Counted from the first letter of the stretch, positions 49,578 to 60,200 are shown. The stretch is 64,000 bases of DNA from a candidate division WOR-3 bacterium (GCA_965649105.1 CBFGJP010000001.1:14464-78463), one strand, 5' to 3'. Numbers and translations: made by a program. The notes: a model not told the origin generated them from the letters alone.

Positions 49578-50830
49578 TGGAACCATATCGTATAAAAGTT
49601 ATTGAGCCTCTGAGGAAAACAACCCGGAATCAGCGCGTCGAGATATTAAAAAAGACAGGCTATAATCTTTTTCTCATCCCTGCCCGTTATGTATACCTCG
49701 ATTTTATCTCAGATTCTGGTACTGGTGCAATGAGTGCCTGGGCCTGGTCCGAAATGATTGCAGCAGAAGAAGATTTTTCTGGTCAGAAAGCAAGTGAAGA
49801 TTTCATAAATATTGCTCGAAAGATCACTGGCTTTCCTTTTATACAACCAGTGCATCAGGGTAGAACTGCCGAAAATATTCTGTTCAATTTATTTTTCAAA
49901 AAGGGTGATAGAATTATCTCTAATACTCACTTTGAGACAACCCGGGCAAACCTTGAGAAAATCGGCTGTGCAGTCACTGATATCCCTGATTTCACACCAC
50001 CCTTCTGTGGAAACATAGATCTAAATAGACTGGAATCAGCCGTAAAAAAAGATAATAAGATAAAAGCTGTGGTGTTAACGCTCACCAACAATATAAAAGG
50101 TGGGCAACCAGTTTCCCTTGAAAATATAAAACAGACACATCGAATCATAAAAAAAATTGGTGCCCTTTTGATATTCGATGCAAGCCGATTTGCCGATAAT
50201 GCCTATTTCATAAAAAAATATTCCGATTCAAGAAAATCAATATCGAGCATATGCCATGAAATGTTCCGATACTGTGATATTCTATACCTAAGCAGTAAAA
50301 AAGACGGACTCGTAAATATCGGCGGATTTATCGGTCTGCGCGATAGAAAGAAATATGAGCAATTGAGAGAAAAGATTATTGAACAAGAATCATATCCAAG
50401 TTCGGGTGGCCTTGCAGCAAGAGACCTTGCCGCAATGGCGGTTGGACTCAAAGAATCCATTGACGAAGAGTTTCTTAAATCACATATCGAAAAGGTTCGT
50501 TATCTGGGCAAAGTTTTAAAAAATAACGGGGTAAAAATTTTTGAACCGCTCGGTGGTCATGGTGTTGTAATAATTCCAAAATCTAATAATCCATATCCCG
50601 CCTATACATTAGGTGCCATGATTTACCTTGAAACAGGCATAAGGGGTGGTGTATTTGGTAATGAATTTAGACTTGCAATTCCAAGAAGAGTTTATACTTC
50701 TGAACATCTCAAATATGCCGGCGAGGCGATAAGTTTTGTTTATAATAAAAAACCAAAATTCACATTAAAATTAATAAATAGACCAAAAACTTTTTTCAAT
50801 TTCTTCGCCCGATTCACCGCCGAAAAATAA
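49574..50830 (+). CDS. tryptophanase / tyrosine phenol-lyase family PLP-dependent beta-eliminating lyase
   Basis: PYRIKVIEP, DSGTGA, HQGRTAE, GGQPVSLENIK, DASRFADNAYFIK, PLP-lysine region LSSKKDG. All collinear with TnaA/Tpl. Confidence 0.7.
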   Translation: MMEPYRIKVIEPLRKTTRNQRVEILKKTGYNLFLIPARYVYLDFISDSGTGAMSAWAWSEMIAAEEDFSGQKASEDFINIARKITGFPFIQPVHQGRTAENILFNLFFKKGDRIISNTHFETTRANLEKIGCAVTDIPDFTPPFCGNIDLNRLESAVKKDNKIKAVVLTLTNNIKGGQPVSLENIKQTHRIIKKIGALLIFDASRFADNAYFIKKYSDSRKSISSICHEMFRYCDILYLSSKKDGLVNIGGFIGLRDRKKYEQLREKIIEQESYPSSGGLAARDLAAMAVGLKESIDEEFLKSHIEKVRYLGKVLKNNGVKIFEPLGGHGVVIIPKSNNPYPAYTLGAMIYLETGIRGGVFGNEFRLAIPRRVYTSEHLKYAGEAISFVYNKKPKFTLKLINRPKTFFNFFARFTAEK

Positions 50831-50912
50831 ACTTTATTTCTATAAATTTGTCTAACTCTTGACAACCTATAGATTTTATATAAAATCAATGTAGGTAGTT
50901 AAGGAGGTTTAT

Positions 50913-53315
50913 TTGCAGGAACGATTTACCGAAAGAGTTAGAAAGATATTGCATATTGCCCGTGAAGAGGCGATAAAATTTAGACATAATTTTATAGGAA
51001 CTGAGCATCTTCTTTTGGCAATGATTAAAGAAGGCGAAGGTGTCGGTGCTATGGTTTTGATAAACTTAGGTGTAGAATTAGGAGAATTATTAAAGGCAAT
51101 TGAAAATTCTATAACAATTGGACCGGGTGGTAAGATTGATGTAACCCTGGGTAATGAAGCGCGCCTCTGTCTTAATTATGCAATGGAAGAAGCAAAAAAT
51201 CTTGGTCACACCTATGTAGGTACTGAACATTTATTATTAGGTATCATAAGGACTGAAGGAAGCATTGGTGCCCAGATTCTTAGTTCTATGGGCATTGATT
51301 ATGAAATAGCAAAGAACGAAATTATCCAATTATTAAAACCCGAAGGTGTTGCTGCAGGAAAGGCAAAAGGAAAACAAAGGGGTTCCGCCCTTGATTTATT
51401 TTCAAGAGACCTTACTCAACTCGCCCGCGAAGGTAAACTTGACCCGATAATAGGAAGAGAAAATGAAATTGAACGGGTTATACAGATTCTATCCAGGAGG
51501 AAAAAGAATAATCCAGTACTAATCGGTGAAGCGGGGGTTGGGAAAACCGCAATCGTTGAAGGACTTGCTCAAGATATAGTTTCGGGTAATGTTCCGGATT
51601 CCTTAAAGAATAAACGGGTTCTTGCCCTTGATATGGCATCTATTGTAGCGGGTACCAAGTATCGTGGACAATTTGAAGAAAGACTCAAGGCAGTGATCAA
51701 TGAAGTTACCAATAACAAAGAGATAATACTGTTTATTGACGAGCTTCACACAATCGTTGGCGCAGGTGCAGCAGAAGGTGCGATTGACGCATCAAATATG
51801 CTCAAACCGGCGCTGGCAAGAGGCGAACTCCAGTGCATCGGTGCCACAACCCTTGAGGATTATCGGCGCTATATTGAAAAAAACGGTGCATTGGAACGAA
51901 GATTCCAACCCGTTATCGTTAATCCACCAACGGTTCAGGAAACAATTGGAATATTAAAAGGATTAAAAGAAAATTATGAAAAGCATCATCAGGTGATATA
52001 TTCCGATGAAGCACTTGAGGCTGCCGCATATCTTTCTGATCGATATATTATCGACCGATTCCTACCTGATAAAGCAATCGACGTCATTGATGAAGCCGGT
52101 GCAAAGGTAAAATTATCAAAAATTACTAAAGACCCCAAGGTGGTTGAACTGGAAAATAAACTTCTTGAAATTAAAAAGACAAAAGATAAAATGGTTGCCG
52201 AACAAAAATATGAAGAGGCGGCTGAATTACATAAAGAAGAATTAAAAATCCAAGAGCAGATAAAAAAGAGAAAAGAGCAACAGAGCGAAAGTTCCAAACC
52301 AGTTGTTTGTGAAGAAGATATCGCCTTCGTAGTGTCGCGCTGGACCGGAATTCCGGTATCAAAAATCGAAGAGAAAGAATCGAAACGTTTATTAAAAATG
52401 GAAGAAGAACTTCGAAAAAAGATTGTGGGGCAAGATGAGGCAATTAAAGTCATATCCCGGGCGATAAGACGAAGCCGTGCCGGCGTGAAGGATCCCCGGC
52501 GACCGATTGGCTCTTTTATCTTCCTGGGACCAACCGGTGTCGGAAAAACAGAACTTGCCCGCAGACTGGCAGAGTTTCTTTTCAACGATTTAAATTCCCT
52601 CATTACTCTTGACATGTCGGAATATATGGAGAAATTCAATGTATCAAGACTGATCGGTGCCCCGCCTGGATATGTTGGTTATGAAGAGGGTGGACAATTG
52701 ACCGAAAAAGTAAGGCGCAAACCCTATTCGGTTGTCCTCTTTGATGAAATTGAAAAGGCTCATCCAGATGTGTTTAATATCTTACTTCAGATTCTTGAAG
52801 ATGGGCAACTTACGGATTCTTTTGGCAGAAAGGTGGATTTCAAAAATACTGTAGTAATTATGACATCAAATATCGGAACTGCTGATATAAAGCGGAGTGA
52901 TGGACTTGGATTTGCCAAAGTTGATCCCAATGTATCTTACGATAAAATGAAAGAAAGATTATTGGAAGAAGTCAAAAAACTATTTAATCCCGAATTCCTC
53001 AATCGCGTTGATGAAATAGTGGTATTCAAGCAATTAACGAAAGAAGATATGAAAAAGATTGTAGATATCCTCATTGCCGAGCTTGAAGAAAGATTAGATG
53101 ACAAGAAAATGGTTCTTGAACTTGATGAATCGAGTAAAGAATTACTGGTGGAAGAAGGATTCGACCCTCAATACGGCGCGCGCCCTATTAGAAGAACAAT
53201 AAGAAGATTAATTGAAGACCCGCTTTCCGAAGAAATCTTGAAAGGAAACATAAAAGAAGGTAAGCATATAAAACTCATTCGGGCAGGTGACCGACTGGAA
53301 TTCAAAGTTAAATGA
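50913..53315 (+). CDS. clpC: ATP-dependent Clp protease ATP-binding subunit ClpC
   Basis: 800 aa. Two Clp_N repeats. Two AAA+ modules ([18 protein letters not shown]). Short UVR-like linker. TTG start. Confidence 0.8.
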   Translation: MQERFTERVRKILHIAREEAIKFRHNFIGTEHLLLAMIKEGEGVGAMVLINLGVELGELLKAIENSITIGPGGKIDVTLGNEARLCLNYAMEEAKNLGHTYVGTEHLLLGIIRTEGSIGAQILSSMGIDYEIAKNEIIQLLKPEGVAAGKAKGKQRGSALDLFSRDLTQLAREGKLDPIIGRENEIERVIQILSRRKKNNPVLIGEAGVGKTAIVEGLAQDIVSGNVPDSLKNKRVLALDMASIVAGTKYRGQFEERLKAVINEVTNNKEIILFIDELHTIVGAGAAEGAIDASNMLKPALARGELQCIGATTLEDYRRYIEKNGALERRFQPVIVNPPTVQETIGILKGLKENYEKHHQVIYSDEALEAAAYLSDRYIIDRFLPDKAIDVIDEAGAKVKLSKITKDPKVVELENKLLEIKKTKDKMVAEQKYEEAAELHKEELKIQEQIKKRKEQQSESSKPVVCEEDIAFVVSRWTGIPVSKIEEKESKRLLKMEEELRKKIVGQDEAIKVISRAIRRSRAGVKDPRRPIGSFIFLGPTGVGKTELARRLAEFLFNDLNSLITLDMSEYMEKFNVSRLIGAPPGYVGYEEGGQLTEKVRRKPYSVVLFDEIEKAHPDVFNILLQILEDGQLTDSFGRKVDFKNTVVIMTSNIGTADIKRSDGLGFAKVDPNVSYDKMKERLLEEVKKLFNPEFLNRVDEIVVFKQLTKEDMKKIVDILIAELEERLDDKKMVLELDESSKELLVEEGFDPQYGARPIRRTIRRLIEDPLSEEILKGNIKEGKHIKLIRAGDRLEFKVK

Positions 53316-55504
53316 TTTTATCCATAATCTTCGCTTATACAATCGCCAATATAACGGTTGACGCCCAATTCACTAACAAAGAGTTTATTATCCAGACCAG
53401 TGGATTTAAAATCGGAGAACAATTTAAAGAATCAATGATTCCGCAGGCAATAAACAACCTTTTTCGCCTGCGGCTGTTTGATTACATCGCCATTGATACA
53501 ACAATTGTCGCCGATGGAATTTTTATTAAAATAAATGTAACTGAAGCACCTTTTTTAAACGGTGAACCACGATTTATTGGCAACAAAAAAATTAAAAAAG
53601 GTGATTTACTAAAAAAAGTTGATTTAAAAAATGGTCAGGTTCTTACAAAAAAAGCAATCTTTGACGCTCGGCTTAAGATAATTGACCTTTACGCTGAAAA
53701 AAATTTTTATAATACTTCGGTAAAAGATAGTATAGTGCGCGATTCACTCAATAGAGTTGATCTTTACTTTATAATAAATGAGGGTTCGGCATTGAGAATA
53801 AGTAAAATAAAGGTTGAAGGTAATAAAGCGATTTCGGAGAACGCCATAAAAAGAAAAATGCAAAACAAAGAGAAAGGATTTCTGCGCAGTGGAAAACTTG
53901 ATCGTGCTAAACTAAAAGAAGATATAGAGCGAATAAAAATTTTGTATCGCGAGAACGGATTTCTTGATGTTGTTGTTAGTGAACCAGAGATAAAAGTCGT
54001 TGATAATAAACTTATTATAAGTATAAATATAAATGAAAATCAAAGATTTTATGTGGGTGAAACAAAATTCAGCGGTAATAATCTTTTTTCTAATGACCAG
54101 TTGCAAAAGTTATTAATGATCAAACCCGGGGCGGTCTTCAATTTAACCAAGGCACAGAATACATTGCAAAAATTTTATGAGCACTATGCAGACGAAGGAT
54201 ATATATATTGTTCAATAACACCGATTGAAACGATCCGGGATAGTTTTGTTGATATTGAGTATCAAATAAATGAATCAAAACCGGCAAATATAAATCGTAT
54301 CATTATTGCCGGTAACTACCGAACCAGAGAAAAGGTTATCAGAAGGGAAATTGTTACCCTGCCCGGAACGAGGTTTCGACGCTCTCAGGTTATCAGGAGT
54401 ATGCGCGAAGTCTTCAATCTTGGATTCTTTGAAGACATCACCCCCGAGACCGGTAGCCCGGATGACAGTGGTAACATCGACTTAATTTATCGGGTTAAGG
54501 AAAAAGAAGGTGTTGGATCTATCGGGGCAGGGATGGCATATTCTGCCCAAGATAAATTAACTGGTTATATTGAATTAAGCCATCCCAATGTCTTTGGCAG
54601 GGGGCAACGTGTTTATACCAAGTTTGAGATCGGTGGTCGACTAACCAATATCCAATTTGGTTTTACCGAACCCTGGCTTTTTGATACAAGAACCACCGCG
54701 GGATTTGATATTTATTATACCAATAGATTATGGGATTTTTATACAAAAAGGGATATCGGAAGTGCCGCAAATGTTTCATTTCCATTTTTCCTTGATTATA
54801 CAAGACTCAATTATACATTCAGGGTGGAAAGAACGCAAATTCTGGATATCGCAAAAGAATATCAGCCAACCTCAGGATATGATTTGAGAAAAGATACCAT
54901 TCCTAAATGGACGCTGGCAAACAATTATGGAATAACAAGGGACACGCGTGATTTCATATTTAACCCTTCAAGTGGCTCATATATTTCTTTGCAGACCGAA
55001 ATCGCCAAACCCTGGATATTTGCTAATATTGATTATAATAGATTTACCTTTGAAACCCGTTCATATTTTCCAATCTTCTGGAAGTTTGTTTTAATGACGC
55101 GCTTCCGTATGGGCATTGTTACAAGTGTAGATGAGGTTCCATATTACAAAAGGTTCTATGCCGGTGGTACCGGCGAAGATGGCGTAAGGGGATATTCAGA
55201 CCGTTCCCTTTCACCAGTTGAGGATGGCAAAAGGATTGGTGGTAATGCCTTATTTATAAATAATATTGAATTGAAATTAAAATTTTCACAAAGTTTTGCT
55301 ATTCTTGCATTTTACGATATGGGTAATGCATTCGCCTCTTATAAAGACTTCAATCTCTGCGACCTAAAAAGAGGTGCTGGAATAGGGATAAGAGTCGAAA
55401 TACCAATGATGGGTGTTCTGGGGTTTGATTTGGGTTATGGGTTTGACCGTGTGCAACCAGGTTTTGAACCCCATTTCCAGATAAATCCGTTTGGAATGTT
55501 TTAA
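53312..55504 (+). CDS. bamA: outer membrane protein assembly factor BamA
   Basis: 730 aa. POTRA repeats followed by Omp85 beta-barrel, ending ...INPFGMF. Confidence 0.8.
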   Translation: MILSIIFAYTIANITVDAQFTNKEFIIQTSGFKIGEQFKESMIPQAINNLFRLRLFDYIAIDTTIVADGIFIKINVTEAPFLNGEPRFIGNKKIKKGDLLKKVDLKNGQVLTKKAIFDARLKIIDLYAEKNFYNTSVKDSIVRDSLNRVDLYFIINEGSALRISKIKVEGNKAISENAIKRKMQNKEKGFLRSGKLDRAKLKEDIERIKILYRENGFLDVVVSEPEIKVVDNKLIISININENQRFYVGETKFSGNNLFSNDQLQKLLMIKPGAVFNLTKAQNTLQKFYEHYADEGYIYCSITPIETIRDSFVDIEYQINESKPANINRIIIAGNYRTREKVIRREIVTLPGTRFRRSQVIRSMREVFNLGFFEDITPETGSPDDSGNIDLIYRVKEKEGVGSIGAGMAYSAQDKLTGYIELSHPNVFGRGQRVYTKFEIGGRLTNIQFGFTEPWLFDTRTTAGFDIYYTNRLWDFYTKRDIGSAANVSFPFFLDYTRLNYTFRVERTQILDIAKEYQPTSGYDLRKDTIPKWTLANNYGITRDTRDFIFNPSSGSYISLQTEIAKPWIFANIDYNRFTFETRSYFPIFWKFVLMTRFRMGIVTSVDEVPYYKRFYAGGTGEDGVRGYSDRSLSPVEDGKRIGGNALFINNIELKLKFSQSFAILAFYDMGNAFASYKDFNLCDLKRGAGIGIRVEIPMMGVLGFDLGYGFDRVQPGFEPHFQINPFGMF

Positions 55505-55523
55505 TCATTGTAATGGAGGAGTA

Positions 55524-56480
55524 ATGGAAAAAATAAAATCTATTTTAATAATTGTAATAATACCGTTAATTATTTTTGCCAAGGAGCAAAAGATTGGATT
55601 TGTTGAATCATCAAAAATTTTTAGCCAGTATCAGGCAACAGCTTCTGCCAGTCAAGAATTTAATGAATATGTAAGTGCCTGCCGTGACTCGGCAGCGAAA
55701 TTGCAGTTGACGGTTCAAAATCTAAAAAGTGAATTTGATGCCCAGAAATTGATGTTGAGTGAAGAAGCACGCTTGAAAAAACTTGATGAAATTGAAAAAT
55801 ATATCCAGTTTTATAACCAATATCTTCAAGATGTGTTTGGACCTGGTGGAAAGATTGAGCAAAAGAATGACGAACTGATGGCGCCATTATTAAAAAAAAT
55901 AAATGATGCCATAGCCAAAATTGCGCAACAAGAAGGGTTTGCAATGATAATAGACCTTTCCGAAGATATTTTTTATGCCTCGGCAGAATTAAATATTACC
56001 GATTTAGTGATCAATGAACTAAATCGTGAATATGGTGTTGCTACAACTATTCCCAGTGCAATGAAAAAATACATTGGGATAATGCCCTTCAAAGAAGAAA
56101 ACACTGAAGCAATCAATGAAAATCTTGGAATGAGATGTCAAAATGAATTATATACAGTATTAAACAACTACTCCCAGACATACAATATTGTGACCAAAGC
56201 AACAATCATGGCCGAATTAACTAAAAGGCAGTGGGACTATAAAATGATCGATGAAAATCAGGCACTCCAGATCGCCGGATTTGCTTTGTGTAATTATATT
56301 GTTATGGGGAAAGTGAGTAAGTCCGGTATAAAAATTGATTATACAATCAGTCTGAAAGATGTCAGTTCAAAGGAAGAAATTGGCAGTCGTTCTAATTCAG
56401 TCACTGATGATATAAAATTTTCCGAATCTCTAAAAAACGATTTAATGGGTCTGATTGAAGCATTAAAGAAAAAAGAATAA
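55524..56480 (+). CDS. skp: Skp/OmpH-family periplasmic chaperone fused to a C-terminal TolB-N/CsgG-like domain
   Basis: GGAGG RBS before ATG 55524. Signal peptide. OmpH coiled-coil region (KIGFVESSKIFSQYQ...). Extra about 150-aa C-terminal domain starting YIGIMPFKEEN. Located immediately after bamA. Confidence 0.55.
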   Translation: MEKIKSILIIVIIPLIIFAKEQKIGFVESSKIFSQYQATASASQEFNEYVSACRDSAAKLQLTVQNLKSEFDAQKLMLSEEARLKKLDEIEKYIQFYNQYLQDVFGPGGKIEQKNDELMAPLLKKINDAIAKIAQQEGFAMIIDLSEDIFYASAELNITDLVINELNREYGVATTIPSAMKKYIGIMPFKEENTEAINENLGMRCQNELYTVLNNYSQTYNIVTKATIMAELTKRQWDYKMIDENQALQIAGFALCNYIVMGKVSKSGIKIDYTISLKDVSSKEEIGSRSNSVTDDIKFSESLKNDLMGLIEALKKKE

Positions 56481-56490
56481 CTACCGATAA

Positions 56491-56518
56491 TTGACTAAAA
56501 TCTAAACTTGAATATAAT
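56491..56518 (+). promoter_or_regulatory. promoter TTGACT-N16-TATAAT upstream of tRNA-Arg/tadA
   Basis: TTGACT 56491..56496, TATAAT 56513..56518. Predicted TSS is about 128 nt upstream of the tRNA. Confidence 0.55.
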
Positions 56519-56605
56519 TTGAAAATGATATTTAATAGATTGAGGTTGAGGTGCTGGATTGGTTAATGGGCTTGGTGAATAATCCAGATCCCTAAATCAG
56601 TGACC

Positions 56606-56640
56606 AAAGACCATACCAGCATCCATGCCCAATAACCTTA
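56606..56640. repeat. 35-bp exact direct repeat, copy 1 (10 nt upstream of tRNA-Arg)
   Basis: AAAGACCATACCAGCATCCATGCCCAATAACCTTA is identical to 57303..57337. Flanking similarity extends (TTGAGGTTGAGG block about 65 nt upstream in both copies). Confidence 0.9.
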
Positions 56641-56652
56641 GATTATCTGTGG

Positions 56653-56726
56653 GCGCCCGTAGCTCAACTGGATAGAGCGGCGGACTACGAATCCGCAGGC
56701 TACGTGTTCAAGTCACGTCGGGCGCG
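56653..56726 (+). tRNA. tRNA-Arg (anticodon ACG)
   Basis: Acceptor GCGCCCG/CGGGCGC, D arm GCTC-AACTGGATA-GAGC, anticodon stem GCGGA/TCCGC with loop CTACGAA, T arm ACGTG-TTCAAGT-CACGT, discriminator G. Confidence 0.85.
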
Positions 56727-56759
56727 TGGTAATAAAAAAGACTTTGTGCCTGGGAAAAT

Positions 56760-57227
56760 ATGGTAAATAATGATGAACTTTTTATGGTTGAGGCATTGAA
56801 AGAGGCACAAAAGGCATTTAACGAAGATGAAGTGCCGATTGGTACAGTGGCGGTTTATAAAAATCAAATCATCGGGCGTGGTCATAATCGGACAGAAGCA
56901 CTTCAGGATCCCACTGCCCATGCCGAGATTCTGGCAATCACCGCTGCAGCAATTAGTTTGAAGTCTTGGCGTTTGAACGATGTGGTTATTTACACAACCA
57001 TTGAACCCTGTATAATGTGCGCTGGTGCGTTAATTCTGGCGAGGGTTAAAAAAATAATTTTCGGTGCACGAGATGAAAAATTTGGTGGTTGTGGTTCGGT
57101 TTTCAATATTGTCCAGGAGAAAAAATTGAATCATAGGATTGAGGTAGTTGAAGGTGTTTTAAGAAATGAAGCATTGTCTTTAATGAAAGATTTCTTTAAG
57201 CAAAAACGTAATAAAAAGAAAAAATAG
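56760..57227 (+). CDS. tadA: tRNA-specific adenosine deaminase
   Basis: CDA zinc motifs HAEILAI and PCIMCAGAL. 155 aa. Confidence 0.8.
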   Translation: MVNNDELFMVEALKEAQKAFNEDEVPIGTVAVYKNQIIGRGHNRTEALQDPTAHAEILAITAAAISLKSWRLNDVVIYTTIEPCIMCAGALILARVKKIIFGARDEKFGGCGSVFNIVQEKKLNHRIEVVEGVLRNEALSLMKDFFKQKRNKKKK

Positions 57228-57302
57228 ATACATTAAATTATATAGTTGTTGGGTTGAGGTTAGGAAGCTGGTTGAAGGTTTAAAGCCTAAAAACCTTTGA
57301 AT

Positions 57303-57337
57303 AAAGACCATACCAGCATCCATGCCCAATAACCTTA
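57303..57337. repeat. 35-bp exact direct repeat, copy 2 (175 nt upstream of tRNA-Ser)
   Basis: Identical 35-mer to 56606..56640. Confidence 0.9.
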
Positions 57338-57512
57338 AACCATCTGTTCGGGTGGTTTGCTTGATGCGAAGTTTTTTTCTGGTAGAGCAAAGCCGAAAGA
57401 TTAAGGGTTGATGTATGAAAACAGGTCAACGAGGGGGGATTAAAGACTTCCAAGAACTTTTGGGCTTTGTTTAGCAAAGTGAGTGGAAAAAAGGGGGAAC
57501 CATCCCCCTTTA

Positions 57513-57601
57513 GGAGAGATGGCCGAGTGGACTAAGGCGCGCGACTCGAAATCGCGTATCCGCTTAAAAGCGGGTCGGGGGTTCAAATCCCCCTCTCTCC
57601 G
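57513..57601 (+). tRNA. tRNA-Ser (anticodon CGA), class II with long variable arm
   Basis: Acceptor GGAGAGA/TCTCTCC, 3-bp D stem with 11-nt loop, anticodon stem CGCGA/TCGCG with loop CTCGAAA, 20-nt variable arm, T arm GGGGG-TTCAAAT-CCCCC, discriminator G. Confidence 0.8.
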
Positions 57602-57679
57602 TCTACTCGACTGAATACCATTTTATTTCCACAATTCCATTATTCCAGAATACTAAAATTGTGGATTTGTCATTTCTGC

Positions 57680-57946
57680 TCACACATCTTTGTCAAGGCG
57701 TATTGATATTCTCTCAACCAGATGTTCACAAGCACTAAGGAATTTACTAACTTCTTCCGGATATTTTATCCAGTATATGGTGGACCTGCCTTTCTTTTCG
57801 TAACGCACCAAATTCGCAAGCCGTAATTTTGTCATATGAGAACATACTGCCTGACACATTTGGTAATCGTATCTAAATCCAATCTCTCTTTTTCTAACAA
57901 TAATTTTAATATGCCATAAGAAATTGGATATCCCAAAACACGGCAT
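57680..57946 (-). CDS. ArsR/SmtB-family transcriptional regulator
   Basis: 88 aa. Winged-HTH segment CQAVCSHMTKLRLANLVRYEKKGRSTIY fits the ArsR recognition helix. TTG start. Confidence 0.55.
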   Translation of the reverse strand: MPCFGISNFLWHIKIIVRKREIGFRYDYQMCQAVCSHMTKLRLANLVRYEKKGRSTIYWIKYPEEVSKFLSACEHLVERISIRLDKDV

Positions 57947-58004
57947 ATTATTGAACCACGAAATCTTTTCTCAATAATCTGCATAATTACACCTTCATTC
58001 CATA

Positions 58005-58022
58005 ATTCCACAATACTGGAAT
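58005..58022. promoter_or_regulatory. perfect inverted repeat ATTCCA-N6-TGGAAT overlapping the predicted arsR-family promoter (candidate operator)
   Basis: Lies 59-76 nt upstream of the regulator start and overlaps the -35-like TTGTGG on the minus strand. Confidence 0.4.
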
Positions 58023-58217
58023 AATGTAATTATAGTATAATGAAAAAAAGAATATCTGTCAAGAATTTGTATACAATTATTTATAAAATTAGACTGATTA
58101 TAAAAATTTTATATCCGGAATGGCGGTGTCATATCCTTTTTAGATTTTGTTGAAAAATTAATCTATTCACAATTATATATTATAAATTCTTGATATTAGA
58201 AAATATGGTCTATCTAA

Positions 58218-60200
58218 TCAGAATACATCCAGTGGGTCAACATCAATCTCTAATTTTGATTTAATCAATTTAACCTGTTTTAAAAATTTCAGTCTTCGAT
58301 GTTCAAACTTTAGTGGCGATTTTATTAAAATATAAACACGATAATTGTTGCGTATTTTATAGTAAAAAGATTGGTTTGGTCCAAAAATTTTAATTCCTTT
58401 AATTCCGGTTAGCAAATTATAAATTTTCTTTGCTTCACTCCAGGTGGTTTGTTCATCTTTGCCTGAAAAGCGGATAAGAATTAGTCGCGAAAATGGTGGA
58501 AAATTCAGTTCTCTACGCAATTTCATTTCTTCAGCATAAAATTTTGGATAATTCTGCAACTGACTAAAAAGTATTGAATACTGCTCGGGATGATATGTTT
58601 GTATTAAAACCCTGCCTGGTTTTTCTCCCCGGCCGGCCCTTCCTGCAACCTGGGTTAAAATTTGGAATGTTCTTTCACTGCCTCTAAAATCAGGTAGATT
58701 AAGAATGGTATCTGCATTAACAATACCCACGAATGTGACATTCGGAAAATCAAAGCCTTTTGTAACAAGTTGCGTGCCAAGCAATATCTTAGCCTTTTGC
58801 TCTTCAAATTTCTTCAAAATTGCTTCTGCCTCTCCTCTTTTCCGTGCACTATCGCGATCAAGTCTTAAGATCATTGATTTAAAACTCTCATCATCTAAAC
58901 TAAATTCAGATTTTAGTATCTTTTTAATTATCTCTTCTATGCGCTGCGTCCCAGCACCGCGGTATAACAAAGTAGCCTTACCGCATTTTGGGCAAAGTCT
59001 AAAATAATCAGTCTTATAATCACAGGTATGGCAGGAAAGAAAAGGAACATCCCCTTTCTGAAAGGCACGATGGTATACCAGTGGCAATCTACAATATGGA
59101 CAACGAACAGTGTGACCACAATTTGGACATAATAAATTTGGAGCAAAACCCCGGCGATTCAAAAATAAAATTGCCTGTTCATTTCTTTGGATAATTTCCT
59201 TTATTGACTCCTCAAATCTTTGAGAAATAAATTTTCCACTTTCTTTTTTTAAATCCACAACCTCAACTTCAGGCAAAGGACGGGCATCTATCCTTTCTTT
59301 TAGTGTCAGAAGTTCATACTTTCCAATTCCCGCATTATAATAAGATTCTATCTGAGGTGTAGCACTACCCAAAACAACAACACAATTTTCAATCTTCGCT
59401 CTAACCACAGCAACATCACGGGCATTGTATTTGACTGCCTGCTGATGTTCTTTGTAGGAATGGTCATGCTCTTCATCAACGATGATTATTTTCAAATCCG
59501 GTATGGGGAGAAATATCGAACTCCGGGGTCCAATAATGATTTTATAAATTCCATTTTTAATTCCGTACCATGCATTTCTTCGCTCTTTAGCAGTAAGTGC
59601 TGAATGTATTGTAATTACATCCTTACCAAAGCGTTCGGCAAATCTTTTTAGTAAAAGAGGCGTCATTGATATTTCCGGGACGAGAATAAGTGCCCTGCCG
59701 CCACTTTTCAAAACTTCCGAAATGACTTTTAAATAGACTTCAGTCTTTCCACTCCCCGTTACACCGAAAAGGAGAAAAACCTTAAAGAGATTTTTTTTGA
59801 ATGAATAAAGAATACGATTTATTGCATTATTCTGAGAAAATGTTGGGACGGGTTCCTTTGCCACAATTGGTTGTTCAGATTCTTTTTTTATATATTCAAA
59901 TTTCTTTAAAATCTTGGGAGGAAATGCCTGTTTAAGAACCTCGCCAAGATATGATAAATAATAATACGCAATCCATTTATAGAGATTTACCAATTTTGGT
60001 GAAATAAAATTTGTTTCCACCAATTTATGGACTTTTTTTAAATTGGGCACATCCCTCTTTATATTTGTGCCAACGATTATTCCGTATTTGAATTTTTTCT
60101 TTAAAGGCACGATGACCAGGTCTCCGATATGCAAATCAAGGTCTGTCTCATATGTAAGATAATCAAACTTCGTATTAGGTATCGCAACATCAACAAACAT
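58218..60200 (-). CDS. priA: primosomal protein N' (replication restart helicase)
   Basis: 660 aa. Walker A GVTGSGKTEVYL, DEEH box, Cys-rich zinc-binding region (CPNCGH...CPYC...CHTC...CPKCG). Confidence 0.8.
   Translation of the reverse strand: MFVDVAIPNTKFDYLTYETDLDLHIGDLVIVPLKKKFKYGIIVGTNIKRDVPNLKKVHKLVETNFISPKLVNLYKWIAYYYLSYLGEVLKQAFPPKILKKFEYIKKESEQPIVAKEPVPTFSQNNAINRILYSFKKNLFKVFLLFGVTGSGKTEVYLKVISEVLKSGGRALILVPEISMTPLLLKRFAERFGKDVITIHSALTAKERRNAWYGIKNGIYKIIIGPRSSIFLPIPDLKIIIVDEEHDHSYKEHQQAVKYNARDVAVVRAKIENCVVVLGSATPQIESYYNAGIGKYELLTLKERIDARPLPEVEVVDLKKESGKFISQRFEESIKEIIQRNEQAILFLNRRGFAPNLLCPNCGHTVRCPYCRLPLVYHRAFQKGDVPFLSCHTCDYKTDYFRLCPKCGKATLLYRGAGTQRIEEIIKKILKSEFSLDDESFKSMILRLDRDSARKRGEAEAILKKFEEQKAKILLGTQLVTKGFDFPNVTFVGIVNADTILNLPDFRGSERTFQILTQVAGRAGRGEKPGRVLIQTYHPEQYSILFSQLQNYPKFYAEEMKLRRELNFPPFSRLILIRFSGKDEQTTWSEAKKIYNLLTGIKGIKIFGPNQSFYYKIRNNYRVYILIKSPLKFEHRRLKFLKQVKLIKSKLEIDVDPLDVF

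Noticed and set aside
51989-52639. 216-aa ORF on the minus strand
   Set aside because: Entirely antisense to the strongly supported clpC gene. Low-complexity Ser/Phe-rich translation. Spurious.
55491-55523. Longer start ([11 protein letters not shown]…) for the skp-like gene overlapping bamA
   Set aside because: GGAGG RBS and signal-peptide logic favour ATG at 55524. The upstream extension has no support.
56606-57337. 35-bp direct repeats as att sites of an integrated element carrying tRNA-Arg and tadA
   Set aside because: No integrase or recombinase. Repeats lie upstream of tRNAs rather than duplicating a tRNA 3' end. The enclosed 0.7 kb holds only housekeeping tadA.
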